Source: an uncultured Solirubrobacteraceae bacterium (lineage in GTDB: Bacteria; Actinomycetota; Thermoleophilia; Solirubrobacterales; Solirubrobacteraceae). Taken from it: DNA of 64,000 bases. This document shows positions 47,664 through 58,500 of the stretch, one piece after another (the first letter of the stretch is position 1; the number at the start of each line of letters is the position of its first letter). The translations under genes were made by a program, and so were the position numbers. Below the pieces are notes generated by a model, which saw only the letters and a list, made by a program, of their open reading frames with translations, was not told the DNA's origin and ran no database searches. The stretch spans positions 96,001 through 160,000 of the forward strand of contig CAZPQW010000001.1 of NCBI GenBank assembly GCA_964588985.1, read 5' to 3'.

Positions 47664-50600
47664 CAGCCCTGGCCAGCCTCGGGCTGCAGATCCTCGGCCA
47701 GCAGCCGCCGCGCCTCCTCGTCGGACATGCCCTCGAGCTCGGCCATCAGCCGGGCCGTCTCGTCGCCCTCGGAGTCGCTCATCATGCCGACGATCTCGGC
47801 TGCGAGGCTCGCGACCGTGGGATACGTGAACAGGCTGTGCAACGGCAGGTCGACGGCGAAGTCGCTGCGCACCTGCGCCACGACCTGGGTGGCCAGCAGC
47901 GAGTGGCCGCCCAGCGCGAAGAAGTCTTCCTCGACACCGACCCTCGGCATCCCGAGCACCTGCGCCCAGATCGTGGCCACGGCCTCCTCGAGCGGAGTGC
48001 TCGGCGCCACGTAGTCGGCGCCGCCGTCGGCGCTCACGAGGTCCGGATCCGGTAGCGCCAGCCTGTCGATCTTCCCGCTCGGAGTCCGCGGCAGCTCCTC
48101 CATCACGACGATCGCCCCTGGCAGCATGTATTCCGGCAGCCACTCGGCCAGATGCCCGCGCAGCCCGGCATCGTCGACGCCCTGCTCGATCGAGCAGTAG
48201 GCGACGAGCCTCATGTCGGCGCCGGCGACGACGTGGGCGACCGTGATCGCCTCGCGCACCCCGGCGTGGCGTCTCAGCGCCGAGTCGACCTCTGCCGGCT
48301 CGACGCGGTAGCCGCGGATCTTCACCTGCTCGTCGATCCGGCCCATGAACTCGAGGCTGCCGTCCGGCAGCCAGCGCGCGAGGTCGCCTGTGTCGTACAC
48401 CCGCGCCCCCGCATCGGCCGCGAACGGGTCGGCGTAGAACCGCTCCGCGGTCAGCTCGGGCTCGCCGACGTAGCCTCGCGCGACCCCCGCGCCGCCGATC
48501 AGCAGCCGGCCGCTAACGCCCACCGGCGTGGGCGCCCCGCCGGCGTCCACCACGTAGCAGCGGGTGTTGGAGATCGGGCGCCCGATCGGCACGCTGGCCG
48601 GCTCGTACTCGCCCGGCCCCTCGTCGACGACGAACGTGCACGAGCCGACGGTCGTCTCGGTGGGGCCGTAGTGGTTGAGGATCGCGCAGCTCGACAGCCC
48701 GCGCACGCGCTCGACGAGGTCCCAGCCGGCCCGCTCGCCGCCGAGCACGAGCCAGCGCCGGGGCAGCACGCGGGCATCGCCCGCCGCCAGCAGCGCGCCG
48801 ACGTGAGACGGGGTGATCTTCAGCACGTCCACCGGCGTGGACTGCATCAGCGCGGCGAGCGCGCCCGGGTCGCCGGCCGCCGCCTGGCTCACGAGCACGA
48901 GCGTGCCGCCCGAGCACAGCGCGCCGAATATCGACGTGTTCCCGAGGTCGGTGGACACGGAGGTCACCAGCCCGAACGACAGCTGCTCCTCGTCGGCCCC
49001 CAGGCGACGGACGATGTCCGCGGCGTAGTTGGCGAGGTTCCCGTGCGTGACGTCGACGCCCTTGGGGGCGCCGGTGGAGCCGGACGTGAAGATCACGTAC
49101 GCGCGGTGCTCCAGCCCCGCTCCGCCCTCCAGCGGCTCGGCGGGCTCGCGCTCGATCGCCTCGCGGTCGCGGTCGAGGCACACGACCTCGCCCTCGAAGC
49201 CGTGCAGCCGCTCAAGCAGCGCCTCCTGGGTCACGACCGTGCTCGCTCCCGCCGCAGCGAGCTGGTGGCACAGTCGCGCCGGCGGATGCTCGTGGTGCAG
49301 CGGCACGTATGTGCCGCCCGCCTTCAGGATCCCGAGCAGGCCGACGACCATCTCCACCGAGCGGTCCGTGCACAGTCCCACGGTCACGTCCGGTCCCACG
49401 CCTGCGGCGTGCAGCCGCCGCGCGAGCCTGTTCGCGCTCGCGTCCAGCTCGCCGTAGGTGAGCGAGCGCTCGCCGTCGGTCACCGCCGTGCGCCCGGGAG
49501 TTGACCGGGCGTGGCTCGCGAACAGCTCGTGCACGCACTCCGCGGGCGCCGGTGCGCCGGTGTCGTTGAACTCCCGCAGCACGCGTGCTCGCTCCCGCTC
49601 CGAAAGCAATTCGATCCCGCCAAGCGCCGCGCTGGGGTCCGCGGCGGCCGCGGCGAGCACTCCGCGCACACCCTCGGCGAGGCCCTCGACCGTCTCGCGC
49701 CGGTGGCGTGCGGGGTCGAAGGCGAGGCTCACCGCGAGCCGCTCGCCGTCGGTCCCGCACATCGCGAGCAGGCGCAGCTCGGGTCCGGAGCACACCATCG
49801 CCTCGATTCGCACGCTCACGCCCTCGGGCTGTGCGAGCGCGAGCGGGTACTCGGCGAAGCCGATGTCGAGCCCCCCGCCGTCGGCGGGTGCGTAGTCCTG
49901 CCTGACGAGCGCCTGCTCGCGCGCCTGCACCACGTCGGCGAGCGCCTCGGCGAAAGTGCGCGAGCCCTCGACGCGCACGCTCACGGGCACGGGCCGAGCG
50001 AACGTGCCGACCGCGCCATCCAGGTCCGGGTGCCGCCGCTCTCCGGCGAGATATGCGCAGGTTGACTCCTCCTCGTTGGAGTAGCGGGCCAGCACCGCGT
50101 GCCACGCGGCCTGCACGGCAGCGGCTGGGCCGGCTCCGTAGCGGGCCGTCTGCTCGCGCAGCCCCCGCGCGAGCGCCTCGTCGATCGCCACCACGACCTC
50201 CTCGAGCGGCTCCGAGACGTCCTTGCGCGTGAACGGGAGCGCCGGCGCGGCTGCGCCGGCGTCCTGCGCCCAGAAGGCGCGCGCGGCGGCGGCCTCCTCG
50301 TCGTCGGACTCGCTCAGCTCGTGCTGCCACGCGGCGAAGTCGGCGTACTGCAACGGATCTTGCACCAGCTCGGTCGAAGCCAGCACGCCCGCCACCTCGC
50401 CGAGCACGAGCGCGGCCGACGCGCTGTCCGCGCACAGCGCGGAGATCGTCAGCACGAGCGCGAACGCCTCTCCGTCCGTCGTGAGGATGCTCGCGCGTAC
50501 GAGCGGACCCTGGTTCGTGTCGAAGGGCGCCGCGAGCTCCGCCGCGCGCACCTCGGCCAGCCGCCGCTCGCGCTCCGGCGCTGCAGCGGTGTCCACCACG

Positions 50601-50869
50601 AGCGTCTCGACGTGCGGGTCGAGGCGCTCGGCGACGACCTGCAGCGGTACGCGCAGCCCCGCCTGCGCGGCGAACGTCGTGCGCAGGATCTCGTGCCTTG
50701 CCACGCACGCGCGCAGCGCGTCCGCGAGCGCGCCCGGCTCCAGCGGGCCATCGATCGACAGCACGCCCTGCACTCGCGCCGCGGGCCCGTCGGGCTCGGC
50801 TTCCCAGACCCGCGCCTGCTGCGGCGACATGTGGAAGCTGTCGACGCTCCCTGACATTCCGTTGTCCAC
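47663..50869 (-). CDS. NRPS module C*(His-less)-A-T
   Basis: ISALCADS in place of HHxxxDG; manual code DLTKVGHVGK (Asp-type); GGHSL. Confidence 0.9.
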   Translation of the reverse strand: MDNGMSGSVDSFHMSPQQARVWEAEPDGPAARVQGVLSIDGPLEPGALADALRACVARHEILRTTFAAQAGLRVPLQVVAERLDPHVETLVVDTAAAPERERRLAEVRAAELAAPFDTNQGPLVRASILTTDGEAFALVLTISALCADSASAALVLGEVAGVLASTELVQDPLQYADFAAWQHELSESDDEEAAAARAFWAQDAGAAAPALPFTRKDVSEPLEEVVVAIDEALARGLREQTARYGAGPAAAVQAAWHAVLARYSNEEESTCAYLAGERRHPDLDGAVGTFARPVPVSVRVEGSRTFAEALADVVQAREQALVRQDYAPADGGGLDIGFAEYPLALAQPEGVSVRIEAMVCSGPELRLLAMCGTDGERLAVSLAFDPARHRRETVEGLAEGVRGVLAAAAADPSAALGGIELLSERERARVLREFNDTGAPAPAECVHELFASHARSTPGRTAVTDGERSLTYGELDASANRLARRLHAAGVGPDVTVGLCTDRSVEMVVGLLGILKAGGTYVPLHHEHPPARLCHQLAAAGASTVVTQEALLERLHGFEGEVVCLDRDREAIEREPAEPLEGGAGLEHRAYVIFTSGSTGAPKGVDVTHGNLANYAADIVRRLGADEEQLSFGLVTSVSTDLGNTSIFGALCSGGTLVLVSQAAAGDPGALAALMQSTPVDVLKITPSHVGALLAAGDARVLPRRWLVLGGERAGWDLVERVRGLSSCAILNHYGPTETTVGSCTFVVDEGPGEYEPASVPIGRPISNTRCYVVDAGGAPTPVGVSGRLLIGGAGVARGYVGEPELTAERFYADPFAADAGARVYDTGDLARWLPDGSLEFMGRIDEQVKIRGYRVEPAEVDSALRRHAGVREAITVAHVVAGADMRLVAYCSIEQGVDDAGLRGHLAEWLPEYMLPGAIVVMEELPRTPSGKIDRLALPDPDLVSADGGADYVAPSTPLEEAVATIWAQVLGMPRVGVEEDFFALGGHSLLATQVVAQVRSDFAVDLPLHSLFTYPTVASLAAEIVGMMSDSEGDETARLMAELEGMSDEEARRLLAEDLQPEAGQG

Positions 50870-50947
50870 GTGGACGCTACCCCCGCTTGTTGAGCAATTC
50901 CATTAAAGGCGGAGGGTAACGGTTCATTTCATTACCGCAAGGGAAGA

Positions 50948-52414
50948 TCAGCGCCGTGCACGGCGGCCGATCGAACGCCCGGCCGGCCGGCGCGAACCGC
51001 GGCCGTGCTCTAGTGCGAGCGCGAGTACGGGCTCGTCGGGATAGCGGACTACCTGCTCGAGCATCGCCCGCAGATCCTGCTCGAAGCCGGCGACCGTCGA
51101 GCCGTCGAAGAGGTCGCGGTTGTACTCGAAGTAGCCCGCGAGCGCCGTCGGGCCCAACTCGAGCTCGAGCGCCAGGTCGAAGCGCGAGAACCCGATGTCC
51201 ACGGGCAGCGGCTCGACTGCGATCCCCGGCAGCTCCAGCGCGGGGCGCTCCGTCGCCTGCGCGCGGAAGTTCACCTGGAACAGCGGGTTGTAGGAGGGGT
51301 CGCGCCGCGGCGCGAGCTTCTCGACGACCTTCTCGAACGGGAGGTCCTGGTGGTCGTAGGCTCCCAGCGCCGTCGCGCGGGCACGCGTCACGACCTCCCG
51401 GAACGAGGGGTTGCCGCCGACCCGCACGCGCAGCGCCATCGTGTTCGTGAAGAAGCCGATCAGGCTCTGCAGCTCCAGGTCGTTGCGGTTGGCGATCGGG
51501 CTGCCGATGACCACGTCCTCCTCGCCGCTGAGCCGGTACAGCAGGACCGCGAAGGCCGCCAGCATCGTCATGAAGAACGTCGCGCCCCCCTCACGACCGA
51601 GCGCCGCCAGCGCGTCGCCGAGCTCGCGCTCGAGCACAAAGTGCACATGCGAGCCCTCGTGCCGCTGCAGCGCCGGCCGCGGTCGGTCGGTCGGCAGTCG
51701 CAACAGCTCGGGCGCGCCCTCCAGCGCCGTGGCCCAGTAGGTGGTCAGTCGCTCGAGCTCCGCCCCCTGCAGCCGTCCGCGCTGCCACACCGCGAAGTCC
51801 GAGTACTGGATCGGAAGCTCCGGCAGCTGCGGCTCGCGGCCGGCGCACGCGGCCGCGTAGCACTCCGCGAGCTCTGAGAACAGCACCCTGTCGGAGTGCG
51901 CGTCCGCCGCGATGTGATGCATCACGAGCAGCAGCACGTGGTCCTCGCCGCCGAGCTCCACGAGCGTCGCGCGCAGCATCAGGTCGGAGGCGAGGTCGAA
52001 CGGTTCGCGCGAGAGCTCGCGCAGCAGCGGCTGGAGGGCGTCGAGGTCGTCGACCGCGGTCACGCGCAACTCGAACGACCACCGCTCGAGCACGACCTGC
52101 ACCGGCTCGCGATCGCCCGAGAAGACGGTCCGCAGGCTCTCGTGGCGCTCGAGCACCGTCTCGAACGCCCCGCGCAGCACGTCCACCTCGAGCGGTCCGC
52201 GAAGCCTGAACGCCCGCGCCCCGTTGAACGCTGGGCTCTCCGGCTCCCACTGCTGCAGGAACCACATCCGCTGCTGGGAGAAGGACAGCGGCGCGGGGCC
52301 GCTCCCCTCCCGGCGGGGGATCGTCGTGGCGGCGCCCGCCGCCTGGCGTCGCTGTTGGAGCGCCCGTTCGAGCAGGGCGCGCTTGGCTGGCGAGAGGCCT
52401 CCGACGTCGGTCAT
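50948..52414 (-). CDS. Stand-alone condensation-domain protein
   Basis: LSFSQQRMWF, RHESLRT, HHIAADA, HQDLPFE; no A or T domain. Confidence 0.9.
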   Translation of the reverse strand: MTDVGGLSPAKRALLERALQQRRQAAGAATTIPRREGSGPAPLSFSQQRMWFLQQWEPESPAFNGARAFRLRGPLEVDVLRGAFETVLERHESLRTVFSGDREPVQVVLERWSFELRVTAVDDLDALQPLLRELSREPFDLASDLMLRATLVELGGEDHVLLLVMHHIAADAHSDRVLFSELAECYAAACAGREPQLPELPIQYSDFAVWQRGRLQGAELERLTTYWATALEGAPELLRLPTDRPRPALQRHEGSHVHFVLERELGDALAALGREGGATFFMTMLAAFAVLLYRLSGEEDVVIGSPIANRNDLELQSLIGFFTNTMALRVRVGGNPSFREVVTRARATALGAYDHQDLPFEKVVEKLAPRRDPSYNPLFQVNFRAQATERPALELPGIAVEPLPVDIGFSRFDLALELELGPTALAGYFEYNRDLFDGSTVAGFEQDLRAMLEQVVRYPDEPVLALALEHGRGSRRPAGRSIGRRARR

Positions 52415-52430
52415 TCGCGGAGGCTAGAGG

Positions 52431-53336
52431 CTAGGACCAGCCGAAGTCGATGCCTGTGAGCTCGCGCAGCCGCTCGTTGTGTGGGCTGAAGTACTCGCGC
52501 AGCCGCGCGCGGGTCTCCTGGTCCATCGGCTCGTAGGACCCGGCGTTCAGCGTCGGAAGCTCTCCGTTGCTGTGAGGCGGGAGCCCGAGGTGCTCGTGGA
52601 TCTGCTCGAGCGTGCGCTCCGGCGCGGCGACGACGTCCTCGAACTTGAGGAACAGGAACTGCTCGCGCGGGAACACCTCCAGCCATCGCTCGAGATGCTC
52701 GGCGTAGCGGCTCGTCCGCAGGTAGCCCCACCGGTAGACCCGCCAGCTGTGGTAGCCGGGTTCCCTGATCTCGCGAGCCTCCTCGCCGCGCAGGCGCTCC
52801 TCCTCGCTCGCGATCGCCTCCTCGAAGGTCTCCAACGGCTCCGATCCCCTCCTGCGGAAGTAGTGGTACTGCGAGTACGAGCGGTCCGCCGGGTCGCGCA
52901 GGCACACGACCAGCCGGGCGTTCGGCACCAGCTTGGCGGCGCGGCTCGGCGTCCAGTAGTGGGCCAGGTAGGAGGCCGTCGCCTCGCCTGAGATGAACGG
53001 GCGGCCGTGCTCGGCCGCGAACGCGTCCCGCTCGCTGGCGTAGGGGAAGTAGCACCGGTACCAGTCGGCGCGCCGGCCGTAGTTCATGTTGAAGAAGTGG
53101 ATCTCCTTTTTGGTCGGCGCGACGAATGGGTGTTCGATCAGCCAGCCGTGCATGCTCGTGGTCCCGCACTTGGTGGACCCGACGATCAGGAAGTCGGGCA
53201 GCAGCCGGCCGCGACCCGGGTTGCGGCGGGCGAGCGTACGTCCCGCGTAGTAGACGCCCTTGAGCGAGTCGTAGGTCGAGCGCGGCACCGCCCGGCGGAT
53301 TCGCGCGTCGATCGTGTGCCTGTTGATCCGCTGCAC
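52431..53336 (-). CDS. PAPS-dependent sulfotransferase
   Basis: PDFLIVGSTKCGTTS (5'-PSB), KEIHFF, GEATASY, LRDPADRSYS (3'-PB). Confidence 0.9.
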   Translation of the reverse strand: MQRINRHTIDARIRRAVPRSTYDSLKGVYYAGRTLARRNPGRGRLLPDFLIVGSTKCGTTSMHGWLIEHPFVAPTKKEIHFFNMNYGRRADWYRCYFPYASERDAFAAEHGRPFISGEATASYLAHYWTPSRAAKLVPNARLVVCLRDPADRSYSQYHYFRRRGSEPLETFEEAIASEEERLRGEEAREIREPGYHSWRVYRWGYLRTSRYAEHLERWLEVFPREQFLFLKFEDVVAAPERTLEQIHEHLGLPPHSNGELPTLNAGSYEPMDQETRARLREYFSPHNERLRELTGIDFGWS

Positions 53337-53416
53337 GTGGAAGCTCCAAGACCCGCCCGTGGGTGCACTACCGTGGCCGACGAGCAGCAATTCGGCGATA
53401 CTACCGAGGCTGTCGC

Positions 53417-54514
53417 ATGCTACCGCGCTCGCTGTTCCCCCCGCGAATCCCCGGTCCGCGCGCCCGCCCCGCGGGTGCGCCGCCGCTCGCCGGGATCGAT
53501 CCGCCGCTCTTCACGCCGCTGCCCGCACGGCCATTCGCGGTGGCGGTCTCCCCGGACGGGGCGCGGGCGTTCGTCTCGATGCCACGCCCGGATGCCCGCG
53601 GGCTGCTCGTCCTGACGCCCGGCGCGCCGTGGCGCCTCGAGCGGGTGCTGTGGCTCGATCCGGCCGTCGTCCCGAGGGGGATGACGACCGATCGGGCCGG
53701 GCGCTATCTGCTGGCGGCCAACAGCGCCGGCGGCCTGATCGTCGCGCAGGCCGATGCGCTCGCGGCCGGCTCGCCCGATCCGCTCGTGTCGGTGCTCGAG
53801 TCGCCGTCGACCGGCTCGATGCAGGTGATCCTCGACCCGGACGACCGCTTCGCGTTCGTCACCGACGAGCACAGCGCCACGCTGTCGGTGTTCGACTTCG
53901 AGGACTCGCTGCGCTCGCCGGCTCCGCGGGCGCGACTTGTGGGGCAGGTGCGGACGCCCCCGGCGCCCGTCGGGCTGGCCCTGACGCCGGACGGCGAGCA
54001 TCTGCTGATGACAAGTCAGGGCAGCGGCGAGCGCGGGATGCTGTCGGTGCTCGCGACGCGCGACGCCACGCACGATCCAGCCCGCGCCGTCGTCGCCTCG
54101 GTGCATGCCGGGTGCCAGCCGGTCCGCGTGGCGATCGCTTCCGAGGTGGCGTGGGTCACCGCCCGCGGCAGCAACTCGGTGCTCGCGTTCGACCTCGAGC
54201 GGCTGATCTCCGGGGCCGGGCGTCCGCTTCGCGCGGCCGTGCGGGTCGGCGCGGCGCCCGTTGGGCTCGCGCTGCTCGATCGGGGCTCGACGGTGGTGGT
54301 TGCGAACTCCAACCGCTACGGGCCCGACGCGGAGCAGCCGCAGACGCTCTCGGTGATCGACGCCGATGCTGCGCTGAAGGGGCGCAGGGCACTGGTCGGG
54401 AGCGTCCCCGCCGGGGCGTTCCCGCGCGAACTGGCGCGCCTGCCGGACGACCGCGGCGTGCTCGTCACGAACGTCTTCTCCCAGAATTTGCAGGCGATTT
54501 CTGTGTTACCCTGA
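53417..54514 (+). CDS. YncE/YVTN-like beta-propeller protein
   Basis: Repeats of P..(V/L)A.(S/T)PDG and SV.V.D; no signal peptide seen. Confidence 0.75.
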   Translation: MLPRSLFPPRIPGPRARPAGAPPLAGIDPPLFTPLPARPFAVAVSPDGARAFVSMPRPDARGLLVLTPGAPWRLERVLWLDPAVVPRGMTTDRAGRYLLAANSAGGLIVAQADALAAGSPDPLVSVLESPSTGSMQVILDPDDRFAFVTDEHSATLSVFDFEDSLRSPAPRARLVGQVRTPPAPVGLALTPDGEHLLMTSQGSGERGMLSVLATRDATHDPARAVVASVHAGCQPVRVAIASEVAWVTARGSNSVLAFDLERLISGAGRPLRAAVRVGAAPVGLALLDRGSTVVVANSNRYGPDAEQPQTLSVIDADAALKGRRALVGSVPAGAFPRELARLPDDRGVLVTNVFSQNLQAISVLP

Positions 54515-54553
54515 ATGACTTGCGCTGGGCGTAAAATCTCGAACGGATTCGTA

Positions 54554-55537
54554 ATGGCAACGTCCCGACCGCGCCCACCGGAGCAAGCACGCGACCGGGG
54601 GCGCAACCTCACCGGAAAGTCGCGAGTTCACCAGCTGTTGCAGCAGCGGTTGCCTCCGGCTGCGTTCGAGCTGGCGGTCGGCGGCTATTACGGCCTGCGC
54701 CGAGCCGCCGGACGGGGCCCCGGCCGCGGTCGGGTGCTGCCGGACTTCCTCGTCGTCGGCGCGGCCAAGTGCGGCACGACGAGCCTGTTCGACTGGATCT
54801 GCCTGCACCCTCTCGTCGCCCGCCCGAGCACGAACGGGCAGCAGCGCAAGGAGCTGCTGTTCTTCGACTACAACTTCCACCGCGGCGCTGACTGGTACCG
54901 GATGCACTTCCCGCTGGAGGTCGAGCGCGACGAGTTCGAGCGCGAGCACGGCCGGCCGTTCGTCACGGGCGAGGCCACCGCGTCATACCTGACCGGCCAC
55001 TGGGTGCCGGGGCGGGTGCGGCAGGTGGCGCCCGATGCCAAGTTGATCGTGACGCTGCGCAACCCGGTCGACCGCGCTTACTCGGCGTTTCAGATGTCGC
55101 GTCGGGAGCGGCTCGAGGAGTGCGAGAGCTTCGAGGAGGCGATCGCGCTGGAGGAGCAGCGGCTCGCCGGCGAGCTGGAGCGCGTGCGCCGCGATCCCCG
55201 GTACAACCCTCCGCTGCCGCCGCCGTTGGGCTATTGGTCCTACCTCCACCGCAGCCGCTACGCGGACCACGTCGCACGCTGGCTCAAGGTGTTCCCACGC
55301 GAGCAGATCCTGTTCCTGAGGTTCGAGGACATCGCCGCCGACCCGTCGGGCGAGCTCGATCGGGTTCACGACTTCCTCGGGCTGCCGCCGCATCGCGGCG
55401 GCGAGCTGCGCAAGCTCAACGCCGCCGACTACAGCGGCATGAACCCCAAGACGCGAGCTGAGCTCGTCGAGCACTTCCGGCCCTACAATCGACGCCTGCG
55501 CGAGCTCACGGGGATCGACTTCGGATGGGATCGGTGA
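54554..55537 (+). CDS. PAPS-dependent sulfotransferase (paralog of 52431-53336)
   Basis: PDFLVVGAAKCGTTS, GEATASY, LRNPVDRAYS, LRELTGIDFGW. Confidence 0.9.
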   Translation: MATSRPRPPEQARDRGRNLTGKSRVHQLLQQRLPPAAFELAVGGYYGLRRAAGRGPGRGRVLPDFLVVGAAKCGTTSLFDWICLHPLVARPSTNGQQRKELLFFDYNFHRGADWYRMHFPLEVERDEFEREHGRPFVTGEATASYLTGHWVPGRVRQVAPDAKLIVTLRNPVDRAYSAFQMSRRERLEECESFEEAIALEEQRLAGELERVRRDPRYNPPLPPPLGYWSYLHRSRYADHVARWLKVFPREQILFLRFEDIAADPSGELDRVHDFLGLPPHRGGELRKLNAADYSGMNPKTRAELVEHFRPYNRRLRELTGIDFGWDR

Positions 55538-55541
55538 AGCC

Positions 55542-58500
55542 GTGACGGCGCTCGAGCCAACGCTGCTCTCCTCTCCTGCGACATCTTCCGAGCGCGAGCT
55601 CGCGGCGATCTGGACAGAGCTGCTCGGGGTCGCGCCGGCCGGAACGGAGGAGGACTTCTTCGCCGCGGGCGGCGACTCGATCCAGGCCGCGGCGCTCGTC
55701 GCTCGCGTCGGCTCTCGCCTCAATGTCGAGCTTCCGCTGAGCGAGTTCGTCGAGTGCCCCACGATCGCGGCGCTGGCCGGCCGGATCGACGCCGCCCGGG
55801 CGCGGGGAGCCACGCCCATGGTGTGGCCCGCCACGGAGGACGGTGTCCCGGCGCGCTGCTCCTACGCTCAGGAGCGCTTCTGGTTCATCGACCAGGCCAG
55901 CGGCAGCAACGTCGTCTCGAACGTCTCCTGGGCGTTGCGGCTCGACGGCCCGCTCGACGTGCCTGTCCTGGAACGCGCGCTCGCCGAGCTCGCGCTGCGC
56001 CACGACACCCTGCGCACGCGCTTCGAGCTGCGAGACGGCGCGCCGGTGCAGCTCGTCTCGCCCGAGTCGGAGCTGGCGTTGGAGGTGGCCGAGGCCGGCG
56101 ACGAGGCGCAGGCCGCCGCCCTCGCCGTGGCCGCGGCGCAGACGCCGTTCGATCTCAGCCGCGGGCCGCTGCTGCGCGTGCAGCTGCTGACGCTGGGGCG
56201 TGACGCCAACGTGCTGCACTTCATCGCCCACCACATCGTCTGCGACGACTGGTCCAAGGGTGTGATCCAGTCCGATCTCGCCGCCATCTACACGACGCTG
56301 CGCGCGGGCGAGGAGCCCGCGCTCCCTCCGCCGGTCCAATACCCCGAGTACTCGCGCTGGCAGCGCGAGCGGCTGAACGAGGAGGCCCTTCGCTACGAGC
56401 TCGAGCACTGGAGCGCGCGACTGGCGAACCCGACCGCGCTTGAGCTCCCGGGCGACCGGACGCGCCCGCCCGCGCCGAGCATGCGCGGCGCGCGGCTGCG
56501 CACCACCGTCCCGCCCGACGTCGAGGCGGCGCTGCGCGCACTCGGCCGCGAGGCTGGCGCCACGTTCTTCATGACGATGCTCGCGGCGCTGCAGGCCTTC
56601 CTGCACCGCTACACGCGCCAGGAGGATCTCGTCGTCGGGACCGCGGTCGACAACCGCGGGCGCGTCGAGCTCGAGCGGGCGGTGGGCCTGTTCACGAACG
56701 TGCTCGCGCTGCGAGCGGACGTGTCCGGCCGGCCGACCTTCCGCGAGCTGCTGTCCCGGGCGCGGGCGAGCACGCTCGACGCCGTCGCCCACCAGGAGCT
56801 GCCGTTCGACCGGCTCGCGGCCGCCGCGCCCGAGCGCGACGCCAGCAGGCACCCGATCTTCCAGGTCTTCTACGAGTTCATCGTGCCGGCCCCGCTGGAG
56901 CTGCCGATCCCGGACCTCCACAGCGAGCCGTTCGAGGTGCCCAAGCAGACCTCCGAGTTCGACCTCGGCCTGTATCTGGACGAGCAGCGAGGCGGGCTCG
57001 AAGCGGTGTGGGAGTACAGCGGCGACCTGTTCGAGCCGGCCACGATCGAGCGGATGGCAGGCCATTTCATCCGCCTGCTCGAGGGGATCGTCGCCGATCC
57101 CGACCGCCCGATCGACGAGCTCGCGCTGCTCGACGACGCGCAGCGCCGACAGGCGCTGTCCGGGGCCGACGCGACCGGCGCTCCGCTCCCGGAAGCGTGC
57201 ATCCAGGAGCTGTTCGAGGGCCATGCCCGGCGCGCCCCCGACGCCCCAGCGCTGGTCGCCGGCGAGGAGCGCCTCAGCTACGGCGAGCTGAACCGCCGCG
57301 CGAACTCGATCGCTCACCTGCTGCTCGAGCTGGGAGTCGCGCCCGGAGACGCAGTGGGCCTGTGTCTCGAGCGCTCGGTGGACCTCGTCGCAGCGATGCT
57401 CGGGATCCTCAAGGCCGGCGGCGCATACGTGCCGCTGCACCCGGACCATCCGGCGTCCCGCCTGCTCGCGCAGCTCGACACCGCGGGAGCGCGGATGCTG
57501 ATCGCGCAGGCGCCGCTCGAAGGGTTCGCCGGCACGCTGCTCTCGCTCGAGCGCGAGGGCGAGCGCCTCGCCACGCTCCCGGACACCGACCCCGAGCCCG
57601 CGGTCGGACCGGACGACACGGCCTACGTCCTCTACACGTCGGGATCGACGGGCACGCCCAAGGGCGTGGCGGTCACGCACCGCAACCTCGCCAACTACAC
57701 CGCGCACATGGTCGGGACCCTCGGCGAGGACGGGACGACGAGCGGCCTGCACTTCGGCTCGGTCTCGGCGGTCAGCACCGACCTCGGCAACACCGCCATC
57801 TTTCCGGCGCTCGCCGGCGGCGGCTGCCTGCATCTGATCGCCACCGACGTGACGACCGACGGCGCGGCGTTCGCCGCTTACACAGCCGGCCGGCCGCTCG
57901 ACGTGCTGAAGATCACTCCGTCGCACCTCGCGTCGCTGCTCGACGCCGCCGCCGGCGAGGCGATCCTGCCGCGCCGCTGGCTGATCCTGGGCGGCGAGGC
58001 GCTGAGCTGGGAGCTTGCGCAGCGCGTGCTCGCCCCAGGCGGGCCACGCGTCGTCAACCACTACGGGCCGACCGAGGCGACCGTCGGCTGCTGCACCTAC
58101 GAGCTCGACCTCGATCGGCCACGGCCGCCGGCGGCGACCGTGCCGATCGGCCGACCGATCTCGAACGCGACCGCCTACGTCCTGGATTCGCTGATGCAGC
58201 CGGTGCCCGTCGGGGTGGCGGGCGAGCTCTACGTCGGCGGCGCGGGCATCGCCCGCGGCTACGTCAACCAGCCCGCGCAGACCGCGGAGGTGTTCGTCCC
58301 CGATCCGTACTCCGACGAGCCAGAGGCGCGGCTCTACCGGACCGGCGACCTGGCGCGTCGCCTTCCGGACGAGAGCCTCGAGTTCCTCGGCCGGGCCGAT
58401 CAGCAGGTCAAGATCCGCGGCTACCGGGTCGAGCCGGCCGAGGTGCAGGCGGTCCTGATGCGCGAGCCCGGCGTCCGTCAGGCGGCTGTGCTCGCCACCG

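Noticed and set aside
50915-50936. GGTAA-N12-TTACC palindrome upstream of the Asp module
   Set aside because: Arms are only 5 bp and no second copy was found; too weak to call an operator
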